Below are positions 30,362 to 40,157 of a stretch of 64,000 nucleotides of DNA, piece after piece. A program made the translations under genes and the position numbers. The first letter of the stretch is position 1; every line of letters starts with the position of its first letter. The notes beneath the pieces are model-generated. The model was not told where the DNA came from, did not search any database, and worked only from the letters and a program-made list of their open reading frames with translations. The stretch comes from Prevotella sp. (GTDB lineage: Bacteria; Bacteroidota; Bacteroidia; Bacteroidales; Bacteroidaceae), in the NCBI GenBank assembly GCA_017478025.1, contig JAFVGZ010000005.1:52019-116018 (forward strand). The letters run 5' to 3'.

Positions 30362-31510
30362 ATGACACTATCCATTATCCACTTTCTCAGACTCCCCGTT
30401 TGCATCGCCGCCTTTCTCCTGTGCTGTGCGTTTACCGCCGTTGCGCAGCCCCACAGGTATCATTTTGACCCCAAACACCCCGCCGTTCACGACCCCGTGA
30501 TGGCACTCGGTGAGGATGGGCGATACTATATCTTCTCCACCGGTATGGGCATCAGCGTGATGTCGAGCAGCGACCTGGAGGTGTGGCGCAAAGAGAAGCC
30601 TGTCTTCGGACGTGAGGATCTGCAATGGGCACACGACTCCATCAAGGGTTTCCGAGGGCATGTATGGGCACCGGACATTTGCCGCCGCGACGGAAAATGG
30701 TGGCTATACTACAGCTGTTCCACCTTTGGCAAGAACCGCAGCGCCATCGGCGTAGCGACAAACAAGACCCTTGACCCCACGTCGTCGGACTACAAATGGG
30801 AGGACCTGGGGCCTGTGATAGTGTCACATCCGCACAAGGATAAGTGGAATGCCATAGACCCGAACTTCATCACGGACCATGAGACGGGCGAGGAATACCT
30901 GACGTTCGGCTCTTTTTGGGACGGCATACAGTTGGTTCCCCTGCAGGACGGCAGGATAAAGACAGAGGGAGGGAAGCAAGTACGGCCAAAAACCATAGCA
31001 CGCCGCATAGCTATCAAAAGGGCGGGAACAGCTACTGTGCCCGGTGGGTCTCCATCGGGTCTCGCCAGAGACGACACCGAGGCAGGGGCTCCGCATGACC
31101 ATGAACCCGGGAAGGCTGCTGACGGCGTGAAGGGCGAGAAGCCCGAGAACGCCATCGAGGCACCTTTTATAATATATAATGAGGGGTATTACTGGCTCTT
31201 CGTCAGCTGGGACTACTGCTGTCGCGGCAAGAACAGCACCTACAGAACCGTCTATGGCCGCAGCCGCAGCATCACTGGGCCGTATCTTGATATGGCAGGA
31301 AAGGACATGGCACAGGGTGGCGGCACGCTGCTCATAGGCCCCAGCGATGAGTTCTACGGCATAGGCCACTGCTCAGTATATCGCGTGGTAAGACTGGACA
31401 ATGAGTGGTACTTCGTGGCCCACGCATACGACGCCAGCAAAAACGGCAACGCTCACCTGTTTATGAAAAAGCTGACGTTCTCAACTGACGGAATCGCTAT
31501 CGACGATTAG
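30362..31510 (+). CDS. GH43 arabinan endo-1,5-alpha-L-arabinanase-like
   Basis: Signal peptide; VHDP, WAPD, NAIDP, FGSFWDGI, AIEAPF, SWDYCCRG, GIGH. Confidence 0.88.
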   Translation: MTLSIIHFLRLPVCIAAFLLCCAFTAVAQPHRYHFDPKHPAVHDPVMALGEDGRYYIFSTGMGISVMSSSDLEVWRKEKPVFGREDLQWAHDSIKGFRGHVWAPDICRRDGKWWLYYSCSTFGKNRSAIGVATNKTLDPTSSDYKWEDLGPVIVSHPHKDKWNAIDPNFITDHETGEEYLTFGSFWDGIQLVPLQDGRIKTEGGKQVRPKTIARRIAIKRAGTATVPGGSPSGLARDDTEAGAPHDHEPGKAADGVKGEKPENAIEAPFIIYNEGYYWLFVSWDYCCRGKNSTYRTVYGRSRSITGPYLDMAGKDMAQGGGTLLIGPSDEFYGIGHCSVYRVVRLDNEWYFVAHAYDASKNGNAHLFMKKLTFSTDGIAIDD

Positions 31511-32364
31511 AACGTTGCAGGCAGCGCAAGCAGCTGATATACCAGCGTCAGGGCTATGCGTTCGTGACCTTTGTTATTGGGATGCAGACGGTCTGTGTCG
31601 GCATTGTTGAAGTACTGCGCATGCTCGTCAAGCATGGGATAGAGGCCGCTGACGGCGTTGAGGTCTATGAAAGGCACCGCCCACACATTGCCGGCCTCCT
31701 TGGTAGCATCGATATAGGCCTGCAGATACTCGCCACATTGGTTGGTGTAATCCTCTGAACACTGCCAGTTCTTGTCGTTGGCATGGAAATTCTGACGGTG
31801 CAGCGGTGTCATAATGACAATCTGCTTTGTGGGATACATCTGCTTGAGCAGAGAGAGAGCCTGGTTCATACGTCCGCGATAGGTGCTGTCGGTCATGCAG
31901 GGATACTGACGCTTGCGGAGCGTCATAGCCTTTGGCTTACCGTGACCATACATCACCTCTTCCTCTTTCTCCACGTACCATTGACCCAGGGGCACGCCGT
32001 TGTTGTAATCATTCGTACCCATGAGTATGAGGATAGCGTCTATGCTGTCACCGTGCTGCTCCTTGCATAGGTTGGCCTGACGCTCAATGTCCGTCCATTG
32101 ACGCCCGCTGACGGCATAGACGTAAGGAGTGATGCCAAGCCACTCCTGCAGCAGTTTCCAGTACTTATTGCTGGCAGCCTTATTGCGCGGATCTGTGATG
32201 CTGTCGCCGAAATAAGCCACCTTCTTGCCCTTCCAGGGATGGGAGAACGATGATTGGAAGTCAAAAACGGGAGCCGGCTGAGCTACCGCCACGGTGTGGA
32301 AAGCCACAAGCAGGAAAAGTGAGAGACAGAGTCTGAGGATAGATGAATGTTGTTTTGTCTGCAT
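31507..32364 (-). CDS. SGNH/GDSL family esterase (carbohydrate acetylesterase-like)
   Basis: YFGDSIT, AVSG, MGTND, DRLHPNNKGH blocks; signal peptide. Confidence 0.88.
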   Translation of the reverse strand: MQTKQHSSILRLCLSLFLLVAFHTVAVAQPAPVFDFQSSFSHPWKGKKVAYFGDSITDPRNKAASNKYWKLLQEWLGITPYVYAVSGRQWTDIERQANLCKEQHGDSIDAILILMGTNDYNNGVPLGQWYVEKEEEVMYGHGKPKAMTLRKRQYPCMTDSTYRGRMNQALSLLKQMYPTKQIVIMTPLHRQNFHANDKNWQCSEDYTNQCGEYLQAYIDATKEAGNVWAVPFIDLNAVSGLYPMLDEHAQYFNNADTDRLHPNNKGHERIALTLVYQLLALPATF

Positions 32365-32376
32365 AATTGTATTCTT

Positions 32377-33939
32377 TTATTTAGTGTTTTCTTTCGTTTC
32401 TGCGTCGCGTATGATGTTCGGTTGGTCCGGGCTGAGGTAGTCCTTGTCTGCATCGATGATGATAAGCACACCGTCCCTGACCTCATAGCCTGACAGTTGG
32501 GCTGCTGCATCACTGGTGGCACTGCCCCGATATGACAGCGAGGCAGCAGATGTCACCGGCGGCAGTATGGTGTGGCGCCCGTTGCTCATAGCGCCGATAT
32601 ATGTCAGCGAGCCGTCAATGCAGCTCATCCACCACACGTTCTTGCGCTTGCCGCTGATGAGGGTCATATCGACAGGCATATCACGACCGGTGTAATTATA
32701 GACCAGGGCATAGTCTTTGCCGCGTGTGGCTATCAAACGATTATATTTCTTGCCGTTGTCCCTGTAGATAATGTCCTGACACGGCACGCGCTCGAAGTAT
32801 GGCAGCGAGAGCATCAGCGCCCTGAGATACTTCATCTGCACATATCCGGAATCGCGCTGAGCCTCATACCAGGGCTTTGAGGTATCGCTATAAGCCACCG
32901 CATCACCGGGGCGAGCCATCTGCATTATGGCATTGTGACCGTAGGTGTGTCCGCAGGTGCCGGCAAAGACATCCCAATAGGCGTAGCGCCTCACATCGTG
33001 GGAACGCCAACGCGGGCCGGTGGGGAAATGAAGGCCTTTCGGTATGTCCTCATACGACGGCTCACCGTCTATGACCGGCTTGACGGGGTTGTATTTCCAT
33101 GTGGAGTCAACGTACATCCAGCAGTCTTCCTCTGTATTGTCGGGTATGGGATAGGTTTTGTCACTCATGCGCTGACCATACCTGCGGTGCCCCGACTGAT
33201 ACATGTGGAAGTCTATCCACGGGGACTTGCTCCACCAATGGGCAGAGGTATAGCGTCCACGGGGATGGAATGTCATGAGATGCTGTGTGTCGATGCTTTT
33301 GATTGTCTCGGCTAAGGCAGTCCACACCTCGGGTTTCAAATCACCCTGTATATCACCTCCAATGACCCAGACGATGTTTGGAGAGTCCTTGTAACGCTCT
33401 GCCAGGAAGCGCCCGTAAGCCTTTGCCCCCTCCACGTCTAAGGCACCGCCTTTCACGAGCCCGCCCCAGATGCAGACCATTGCGATATAGATATCATGAG
33501 CCTCAGCGGTCTTGACGATAAAGTCCATGTGGTCCCAATAGCTTAATCCACCTTGCACCCCGCCTGAAGGAGACGAAGCAGGGCCTGTAGAGGCTGCTGC
33601 AGTTGTGAAGACAGAGAAGTCCCAGGGGTTCTGCGGGTCATTGGACAACGCACCGTATGCATTGACAGACGGCACGGCATTGAGCACCTGAACCTGCACC
33701 ACGTTGTAACCGTTCTGCTGACAGCGTGAGAGGTAGCCCTTCGTTGCCTCACGATCTAGCTTCTGTGGCAGCAGCCAACCCGTATCGCCAAGCCAGAAGA
33801 AGGGCTTGCCGTCAGGATATTGTAGAAAACGACTATTGGATGACACACACAACCGCCACGACTCACTGCCGGCACAAGCGGGGACAGAAAGCAGAAATAA
33901 CAATAACAGAGTAATATAGATTGTTCGCATGATGTTCAC
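32377..33939 (-). CDS. GH140 (apiosidase-like, DUF4038) glycoside hydrolase
   Basis: PFFWLGDTGW, IVWVIGGD, MTFHPRG, QSGHRRY, DGEPSYE, GHTYGHNAIMQ; signal peptide. Confidence 0.85.
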   Translation of the reverse strand: MNIMRTIYITLLLLFLLSVPACAGSESWRLCVSSNSRFLQYPDGKPFFWLGDTGWLLPQKLDREATKGYLSRCQQNGYNVVQVQVLNAVPSVNAYGALSNDPQNPWDFSVFTTAAASTGPASSPSGGVQGGLSYWDHMDFIVKTAEAHDIYIAMVCIWGGLVKGGALDVEGAKAYGRFLAERYKDSPNIVWVIGGDIQGDLKPEVWTALAETIKSIDTQHLMTFHPRGRYTSAHWWSKSPWIDFHMYQSGHRRYGQRMSDKTYPIPDNTEEDCWMYVDSTWKYNPVKPVIDGEPSYEDIPKGLHFPTGPRWRSHDVRRYAYWDVFAGTCGHTYGHNAIMQMARPGDAVAYSDTSKPWYEAQRDSGYVQMKYLRALMLSLPYFERVPCQDIIYRDNGKKYNRLIATRGKDYALVYNYTGRDMPVDMTLISGKRKNVWWMSCIDGSLTYIGAMSNGRHTILPPVTSAASLSYRGSATSDAAAQLSGYEVRDGVLIIIDADKDYLSPDQPNIIRDAETKENTK

Positions 33940-34078
33940 AAAGTTAGTAATAAGACAGGTTAAACCACATAAAAAAGATACTTTTGTTACAGGAAAGCAA
34001 AAAAAATAGCAAAAATATTTTGTGGTTTCAAGAAAAAGCAGTAACTTTGCACCCGCAAAACAAAACAGAATGCTCTGA

Positions 34079-34152
34079 GGCTCCGTAGCTCAACTGAATA
34101 GAGCATCTGACTACGGATCAGAAGGTTGTGGGTTTGAATCCCGCCGGAGTCA
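34079..34152 (+). tRNA. tRNA-Arg (ACG)
   Basis: ggctccg/cggagtc acceptor stem, tctga-ctACGga-tcaga anticodon arm, T arm gtggg-tttgaat-cccgc; TAACTTTG promoter at 34042. Confidence 0.95.
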
Positions 34153-34154
34153 CA

Positions 34155-34196
34155 AGAAAAGAAGGATAAGGAAGTTTCCCTATCCTTCTTTTTTGT
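34155..34196 (+). terminator. Intrinsic terminator after tRNA-Arg
   Basis: aaaagaaggata...tatccttctttttt. Confidence 0.7.
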
Positions 34197-34269
34197 GTTC
34201 AGCACTGTCGTACCGTTATACATATATACATATAGCCGCCCTTTAACAAGGACGGCTATATGTAGTTTC

Positions 34270-35544
34270 TTATCCACCGAAGTTATCGAACGAAATCATG
34301 TCGTCCTCTACACCGAGAGAGTGCAGGAGGTCAAGCACAGTCTTCGCCATCATCGGAGGTCCGCAGAGATAGTACTCGATATCTTCTGGCTCCTCATGCT
34401 GCTTGAGGTAGGTATCGCCCAGCACAGGAGCGATAAATCCAGCTGTATATTTCACTCCAAGGCTGTCTGCCTTTGGATCTGGACGGTCCAGAGCCAAATG
34501 GAAGTGGAAGTTTGGATATTCCTTCTCAAGTGCGAGGAAGTCTTCCATGAAGAATACCTCATCGATGGCACGGGCTCCATAGAAGTAGTGCATCTCACGA
34601 TCACGAACGTGCAGAGTCTTGAGCAGGTGCATAATCTGTGCACGCAGAGGTGCCATACCTGCGCCACCGCCTACCCATATCATCTCACGACCAGTGCCAT
34701 AGTGTGGATGGAACTCTCCGTAAGGGCCGCTCATGCGAACCTTGTCGCCGGGCTTGAGGGAGAAGATGTAGGTAGATGCGATACCACAAGGCACATCCAT
34801 GAAGCCTGGCCCCTGGTCTTTTGGCTTGAACGGAGGCGTAGCAATACGCACGGTAAGGGTGATGATGTCGCCCTCATCGGGATAGTTAGCCATAGAGTAA
34901 GCACGGATGGTAGGAGTGTCATTCTTCTGCTTGAGGCCGAAGAGACCGAACTTCTCCCATGCCGGAACATAGAGATCACCGATGAGACCCTTGTCCATAT
35001 CACGGTCATAGTCGATGTCGTACTCTGGGATGACAATCTGAGCGTAAGAACCTGGCTCGAAGTCCATGTGCTCGCCAGGAGGCAGCTGCACCTTGAACTC
35101 CTTGATGAATGTAGCCACATTCTTGTTGGAGATGACTGTGCACTCCCATTCTTTTACGCCCAATACACTTTCGGGCACTTTTACCTCCATGTCGCCCTTT
35201 ACCTTGGCCTGGCAACCCAGTCGCCAATTGTCCTTTATTTCCTTGCGGGTAAAGTGTGGACGCTCGGAGTCAAGAATCTCGCCGCCGCCCTTAAGAATTT
35301 GCAACTTACACTGTCCGCAGCTTGCCTTACCACCACAGGCAGAAGGCAAGTAGATGCCCTGCTCATTGAGCGTGGCCATGACGCTGCTGCCCTGATCTAC
35401 GGTGAGCTTTGTGTCACCGTTGACGGTCAGCGTCACCTGGCCGCTGGGCGAAAGATATTTCTTTGCTATAAGCAGCATTACCACGAGGAGGAGGATCACC
35501 ACGAGGAACACTACTATTGATGCTAATATATATGATGTGTTCAT
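34270..35544 (-). CDS. nqrF: Na+-translocating NADH:quinone reductase subunit F
   Basis: CGGKASCGQC 2Fe-2S motif, RAYSMANYP, GGGAGMAP, YLCGPP, FDNFGG. Confidence 0.97.
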   Translation of the reverse strand: MNTSYILASIVVFLVVILLLVVMLLIAKKYLSPSGQVTLTVNGDTKLTVDQGSSVMATLNEQGIYLPSACGGKASCGQCKLQILKGGGEILDSERPHFTRKEIKDNWRLGCQAKVKGDMEVKVPESVLGVKEWECTVISNKNVATFIKEFKVQLPPGEHMDFEPGSYAQIVIPEYDIDYDRDMDKGLIGDLYVPAWEKFGLFGLKQKNDTPTIRAYSMANYPDEGDIITLTVRIATPPFKPKDQGPGFMDVPCGIASTYIFSLKPGDKVRMSGPYGEFHPHYGTGREMIWVGGGAGMAPLRAQIMHLLKTLHVRDREMHYFYGARAIDEVFFMEDFLALEKEYPNFHFHLALDRPDPKADSLGVKYTAGFIAPVLGDTYLKQHEEPEDIEYYLCGPPMMAKTVLDLLHSLGVEDDMISFDNFGG

Positions 35545-35586
35545 ATATGAGATTTTGAGTTATTTATTTATACTTGCAAACTTACT

Positions 35587-36213
35587 TTACAGCTTCAGGC
35601 CTGAGAAGCACATCATTGCCATTGCCATGAGACCTACGACGATGAAGCTTATGCCTAATCCCTGAAGAGGCTTTGGCACATCGCTGTACTGCATCTTCTC
35701 GCGAATAGCTCCCATTGCCACAATGGCGAGAGTCCAGCCGAAACCGCTACCGATGGCATAGACCATTGCGTCCCAGATGGAGCCAAGATACTGTGTCGAT
35801 GACGGGTCGAGGTTGATGCGCTGCTGCATGAAGAGCGATGCACCCATGATGGCACAGTTCACAGCTATCAGTGGCAGGAAGATACCCAGTGCGCCATAGA
35901 GAGAGGGAGAAAAGCGTTCTACTATCATCTCCACCAGCTGCACAATACCGGCAATGACGGCGATGAACAGGATGAAAGCAAGATAAGAGAGGTCAACACC
36001 AGGCAACAGACAGTCAGGGCCGAGCACCTCTGTCTGCAAGAGATAGTTGACGGGAACGGTGATAAAGAGCACGAAGGTGACTGCAATACCCAATCCCAGA
36101 GAGGTCTTCACATTCTTACTCACGGCAAGGAACGAGCACATGCCGAGGAAGAAGGCAAATATCATGTTATCTACAAAGATAGACCTGAAGAAAAGATTTA
36201 TCATGTGTTCCAT
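35587..36213 (-). CDS. nqrE: Na+-NQR subunit E
   Basis: [27 protein letters not shown]; operon position. Confidence 0.96.
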   Translation of the reverse strand: MEHMINLFFRSIFVDNMIFAFFLGMCSFLAVSKNVKTSLGLGIAVTFVLFITVPVNYLLQTEVLGPDCLLPGVDLSYLAFILFIAVIAGIVQLVEMIVERFSPSLYGALGIFLPLIAVNCAIMGASLFMQQRINLDPSSTQYLGSIWDAMVYAIGSGFGWTLAIVAMGAIREKMQYSDVPKPLQGLGISFIVVGLMAMAMMCFSGLKL

Positions 36214-36216
36214 ACG

Positions 36217-36834
36217 TTATTTCTCCTCCTTATAAAAGAATGCTCTGTGCACCCATATTACACATCCAATCATGATGAGAGCCATAGCAGGCATCGTCAT
36301 CATACCATTATTAATATATCCGAAATCATAAGCCCCCTGTGGAATAATCTGGAAACCCAGGAGCGAGCCGCGACCGAAGAACTCACGCGCAGCACCTACG
36401 ATAACGAGGATCATGCCATAGCCCAGACCGTTGGCAATACCATCAACGAAGGAGTGCCAAGGCTTGTTCTGCATGGCGAAAGCCTCAAGGCGTCCCATCA
36501 GAATACAGTTGGTAATGATAAGTCCTACATAAACCGACAGCTGTACGCTCACGTCATAGGCAAAGGCCTTGAGCACCTGGCTGACGATAGTAACAAGCGC
36601 AGCAACCACTACAAGCTGTACGATGATACGTATGCGGGTAGGGATTGTATTACGCAGGATTGAGATGATCAGATTGCTGAATGCGGTGATGACCGTAACT
36701 GCCAGACCCATCACGATGGCAGGCTTCAACTGAGCTGTGACGGCAAGCGCGCTACAGATACCCAGCACCTGCACCAGCACGGGGTTCAGAATGTTCAGGG
36801 GAGCCATGAACACTTCCTTTAATTTGCTATTCAT
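36217..36834 (-). CDS. nqrD: Na+-NQR subunit D
   Basis: QVLGICSALAVT, VGLIITNCILMGRLEA. Confidence 0.96.
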   Translation of the reverse strand: MNSKLKEVFMAPLNILNPVLVQVLGICSALAVTAQLKPAIVMGLAVTVITAFSNLIISILRNTIPTRIRIIVQLVVVAALVTIVSQVLKAFAYDVSVQLSVYVGLIITNCILMGRLEAFAMQNKPWHSFVDGIANGLGYGMILVIVGAAREFFGRGSLLGFQIIPQGAYDFGYINNGMMTMPAMALIMIGCVIWVHRAFFYKEEK

Positions 36835-36840
36835 AACTCT

Positions 36841-37494
36841 TTATTTCTTATTTGTTAGTATTTCCTTATATTTCGTGAAGCCGTCCTGCAGCATGTCGCT
36901 GACGCCATTAGAGGTCAGCGTAGCACCTGTCACGCCGTCAACCTCGCTCTGCGGGTTCTTCACTTCACTGCTTTTAACAACCTTCAGCACCGGTGTGCCG
37001 TTGGCATCATAGATGGTCTTGCCGATAAACTTATCCTGCCAAGCCTTGGAATCCTTGATTTCAGCACCCAGACCGGCTGTCTCTGAATCGTGGTTGAAGT
37101 ATGCTCCATAAACGGTATTGCAGTCATCGTTTACTGCCACATATCCCCAGATGGGGCCCCACAATCCCATACCATAGACGGGAACGACGTATTTCTTCGA
37201 ACCGTCAACTTCACACTCATAGATTGCCAGGCGTCCCTCCTTGTAATCGCTACTGTTGAGGGCGAAGGCCTCATCCTTCTTTACCACCTCGCTATACTTC
37301 TTCTCGGCTTCGCTGTCAGAGAGATCGCGTATATTGAGTGCTGCAAGTACCTGCTTCTTCTTGTCAAGAGCCACGTTGATGTCCTGCTGGGGCTTCAACG
37401 CACTGCTGACGAAGGCGAGCAGAAAGGCTACTATCACCACCATCAGGCAGCTGTAAACGATAATGTAGCCGTTTGCATTCGTATTTAGTTTCAT
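36841..37494 (-). CDS. nqrC: Na+-NQR subunit C
   Basis: GMGLWGPIWGY, ETAGLGAEI, VDGVTGATLTS FMN-attachment motif. Confidence 0.95.
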   Translation of the reverse strand: MKLNTNANGYIIVYSCLMVVIVAFLLAFVSSALKPQQDINVALDKKKQVLAALNIRDLSDSEAEKKYSEVVKKDEAFALNSSDYKEGRLAIYECEVDGSKKYVVPVYGMGLWGPIWGYVAVNDDCNTVYGAYFNHDSETAGLGAEIKDSKAWQDKFIGKTIYDANGTPVLKVVKSSEVKNPQSEVDGVTGATLTSNGVSDMLQDGFTKYKEILTNKK

Positions 37495-37592
37495 ATTGTT
37501 TACTTTCTATTATCGATTATAACTTCCAATTACCGATTTCCGTTTAGCCTGCGGAATTCGTAATCTTCCATTTTCTTTTCAATACTTATCTC

Positions 37593-38759
37593 TTAGATTT
37601 GCGTTGCTCTCTTAAGACGCTTGTTGATATTCTGCTGCACAACGAAGTAGTCTATCGTCGGAGCCATCATGTTGCCGAAGAGTATTGCAAGCATCATACC
37701 CTCTGGGAAGCCAGGGTTCATAACACGTATAATGATTGCCAGAGCACCGATGATGAAGCCATATATCCACTGTCCCGTGTGTGTGCGGCATGATGTCACA
37801 GGGTCGGTTGCCATGAATACAGCACCAAATGCGAAACCGCCAATGATGAAGTGGTGCCACCAAGCAATGTCAGATGAACCTGTTGCCTCAAAGACGAGCC
37901 CCATCACAGCACCTCCGATGAAGACGCTGAGCATGGTGCGGAGCGATGCGATGCCCATGAAGAGGAGCATCAGTCCGCCTATGGCGATGGCAATAATGCT
38001 GGTCTCACCGATGGAACCGGGGATAAAACCGAGCACACTGTCCATTACCGAAGCGGTAGGGATGGAACCCTGAGCCATCTGTCCGAGCGGAGTGGCACAG
38101 GTGAAGCCGTCTGGCAAATCATTACCCAGGCCGCAGAAACTCTCTGTTGCAACCCACACGGTGTCACCGCTCATCTTTGTAGGATAAGAGAAGAAAAGGA
38201 ACGCACGCGCGAGAAGGGCTACGTTAAAGATGTTCATACCCGTACCGCCAAAGATTTCCTTACCAAAGATTACTGCGAAAGCAACTGCCAACACGATTAC
38301 CCACAATGGGCAACCTACAGGGAGAACCATTGGTATGATGATACCGCTGACGAGGTAACCCTCCTGAATCTCTTCACCTTTCCACTGTGCCCAGGCAAAC
38401 TCAATGCCCAGACCGACGATGTAGCTGACCAGAATCTTGGGCAGAACAACGAGGAATCCATACAGGAATACTTCGAACCATGAAGCCGACTCAAGCGTGC
38501 CGGCAGCCAGATAGTTCTGGTAACCCACATTGTACATACCGAACAGCAATGCCGGAATGAGCGCTATCACCACCATACTCATGATTCGCTTTGAATCGAT
38601 GGCGTCATGTATGCTTGCTCCTGAGCGGCTTGTATCGTTCGGAACATAAAGGAACGTCTCAAATCCGTCGAAGACACTGCGGAAAGCGTGCAGCTTTCCA
38701 CCCTCCTCAAACTGTGGTTTGATATCGTTGAGATATTTTCTTAAGAATGATAGTTTCAT
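37593..38759 (-). CDS. nqrB: Na+-NQR subunit B
   Basis: FGKEIFGGTGMN, TCATPL, GSIGETS, FMATDPVT. Confidence 0.96.
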   Translation of the reverse strand: MKLSFLRKYLNDIKPQFEEGGKLHAFRSVFDGFETFLYVPNDTSRSGASIHDAIDSKRIMSMVVIALIPALLFGMYNVGYQNYLAAGTLESASWFEVFLYGFLVVLPKILVSYIVGLGIEFAWAQWKGEEIQEGYLVSGIIIPMVLPVGCPLWVIVLAVAFAVIFGKEIFGGTGMNIFNVALLARAFLFFSYPTKMSGDTVWVATESFCGLGNDLPDGFTCATPLGQMAQGSIPTASVMDSVLGFIPGSIGETSIIAIAIGGLMLLFMGIASLRTMLSVFIGGAVMGLVFEATGSSDIAWWHHFIIGGFAFGAVFMATDPVTSCRTHTGQWIYGFIIGALAIIIRVMNPGFPEGMMLAILFGNMMAPTIDYFVVQQNINKRLKRATQI

Positions 38760-40114
38760 TATTCTACCTCCTTTCTCAGCATATCAAGCCCCTCGCGGAC
38801 AATACGCTGCAATTCAAGTTTACTACTATCTACGAACTCTGCCAGTGCGAAGTCCTCTGGGCTTATCTCATATATGCCCAGCTGCTCCATCTTGTCGATA
38901 TCCTTAGCTATGATGGCCTTGATGAGATACTCGCCGTAGATATCCATCGGCAGCACCTTATCATATTCGCCTGACATTATCATGTGTCTCTCACCACCCT
39001 TTATACGGGCGTCAATGTTATACTTCTTGTTGCCTCCGAAGAGCCATGAGAAGTAGCTGCGGCTTGTGGAGAACTGGTCGAAACGCGGCATTATCCACCC
39101 AAACAGCTCGTCAGCATCCTCACCTGTCGGGATGGCGGTGATTTCGCTGGTGTGTGCCGAGAGGAACACCTTGCCCGGATTGCCCATAGCGCGGCCAGTC
39201 AGAGGGTTGCCCATGATGACACGTGTGTAGCCTTCTTCCAGCTCGCCGGAGAGGTCTATCTGCGTGCCAACAAGTACATCAGCGTATGCAGGATTCTTCA
39301 TCTGCGCTCCTGCCAGTGCTATGGTGCGGCAGAGGTTTACGTTACCGCTGTTGAACAGGCGTCCGAAGAATAGCACTGCGGTAGGCTCTACAGTCCATAC
39401 CACCTCGCCTTTGTTCACCGGATCAATGTGGTTGACCTGCACGCCCACGTTGCCTGCTGGACACTTGCCGTCAAATTCCACTACCTCACAGTTGGCACCG
39501 GCGACATTCAGACCGAGTACCGCAGCCTGATTAGAGCCTGCACCTACATAGACCTTAGCGATTTTGCCTAGTGCTGTCAGGCCTGTGACGAAGTCCTTCT
39601 CCTGTCCTGCCAGCTCAAACTCAAAGTCTCCGGCGAGAGGCATATCCCTCAGTGCGGATACGAAGATTGCCTTTGGCGTTGTGGTGGGGTTGGTGCTGAT
39701 GGCATAGGGCAGCTGGTTGATGTAACCAAACAAGCCTGCCTCAAGCAGAGATGCCTTCACCTGGTCGCCGGAAAGAGCATTCACGTCCTTCTTGCCGAAG
39801 TCCTTGTACTGTTGTTTACTGTCTGCTTCCACCTGGACACTCAGCACTTTACGTCTGTCTCCGCGCTCCACCAGCGTCACTTTTCCGCTGACAGGAGAAG
39901 AGAACGTCACCTCGGGGAAGTCCTTGTTAATAAATAAAGCATCGCCGGCCTTCACCGTGTCACCCTCCTTCACCACGACTTTCGGCTTTACGTCAACAAA
40001 GTCATCTGGTTGAAGGGCATAGACATTACCCGCCTTCACGTTGCGCTTCTCTTTCTTCGCAGCGCCCTGCAGGTTAATGTCGAGGCCTCGACGCAGTTTC
40101 ACAATTTTTGTCAT
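38759..40114 (-). CDS. nqrA: Na+-NQR subunit A
   Basis: LRRGLDINLQG, SPVSGKV, PAGNVGV, EDFALAEFVDSSK. Confidence 0.96.
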   Translation of the reverse strand: MTKIVKLRRGLDINLQGAAKKEKRNVKAGNVYALQPDDFVDVKPKVVVKEGDTVKAGDALFINKDFPEVTFSSPVSGKVTLVERGDRRKVLSVQVEADSKQQYKDFGKKDVNALSGDQVKASLLEAGLFGYINQLPYAISTNPTTTPKAIFVSALRDMPLAGDFEFELAGQEKDFVTGLTALGKIAKVYVGAGSNQAAVLGLNVAGANCEVVEFDGKCPAGNVGVQVNHIDPVNKGEVVWTVEPTAVLFFGRLFNSGNVNLCRTIALAGAQMKNPAYADVLVGTQIDLSGELEEGYTRVIMGNPLTGRAMGNPGKVFLSAHTSEITAIPTGEDADELFGWIMPRFDQFSTSRSYFSWLFGGNKKYNIDARIKGGERHMIMSGEYDKVLPMDIYGEYLIKAIIAKDIDKMEQLGIYEISPEDFALAEFVDSSKLELQRIVREGLDMLRKEVE

Positions 40115-40157
40115 AACTTTTATATTAGTTGTAAATTTGGATATCCTTTCCTTACTT

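Noticed and set aside
34079-34270. tRNA-Arg as an island integration site
   Set aside because: No integrase and no duplicated tRNA 3' end was seen; the tRNA is followed directly by its terminator and nqrF.
34195-35520. Long antisense ORFs (this one, 14346-15434, 25435-26409, 50403-51530, 52106-52951, 47552-48043 and similar)
   Set aside because: Shadow frames opposite well-supported genes, explained by codon bias, with no recognisable motifs.
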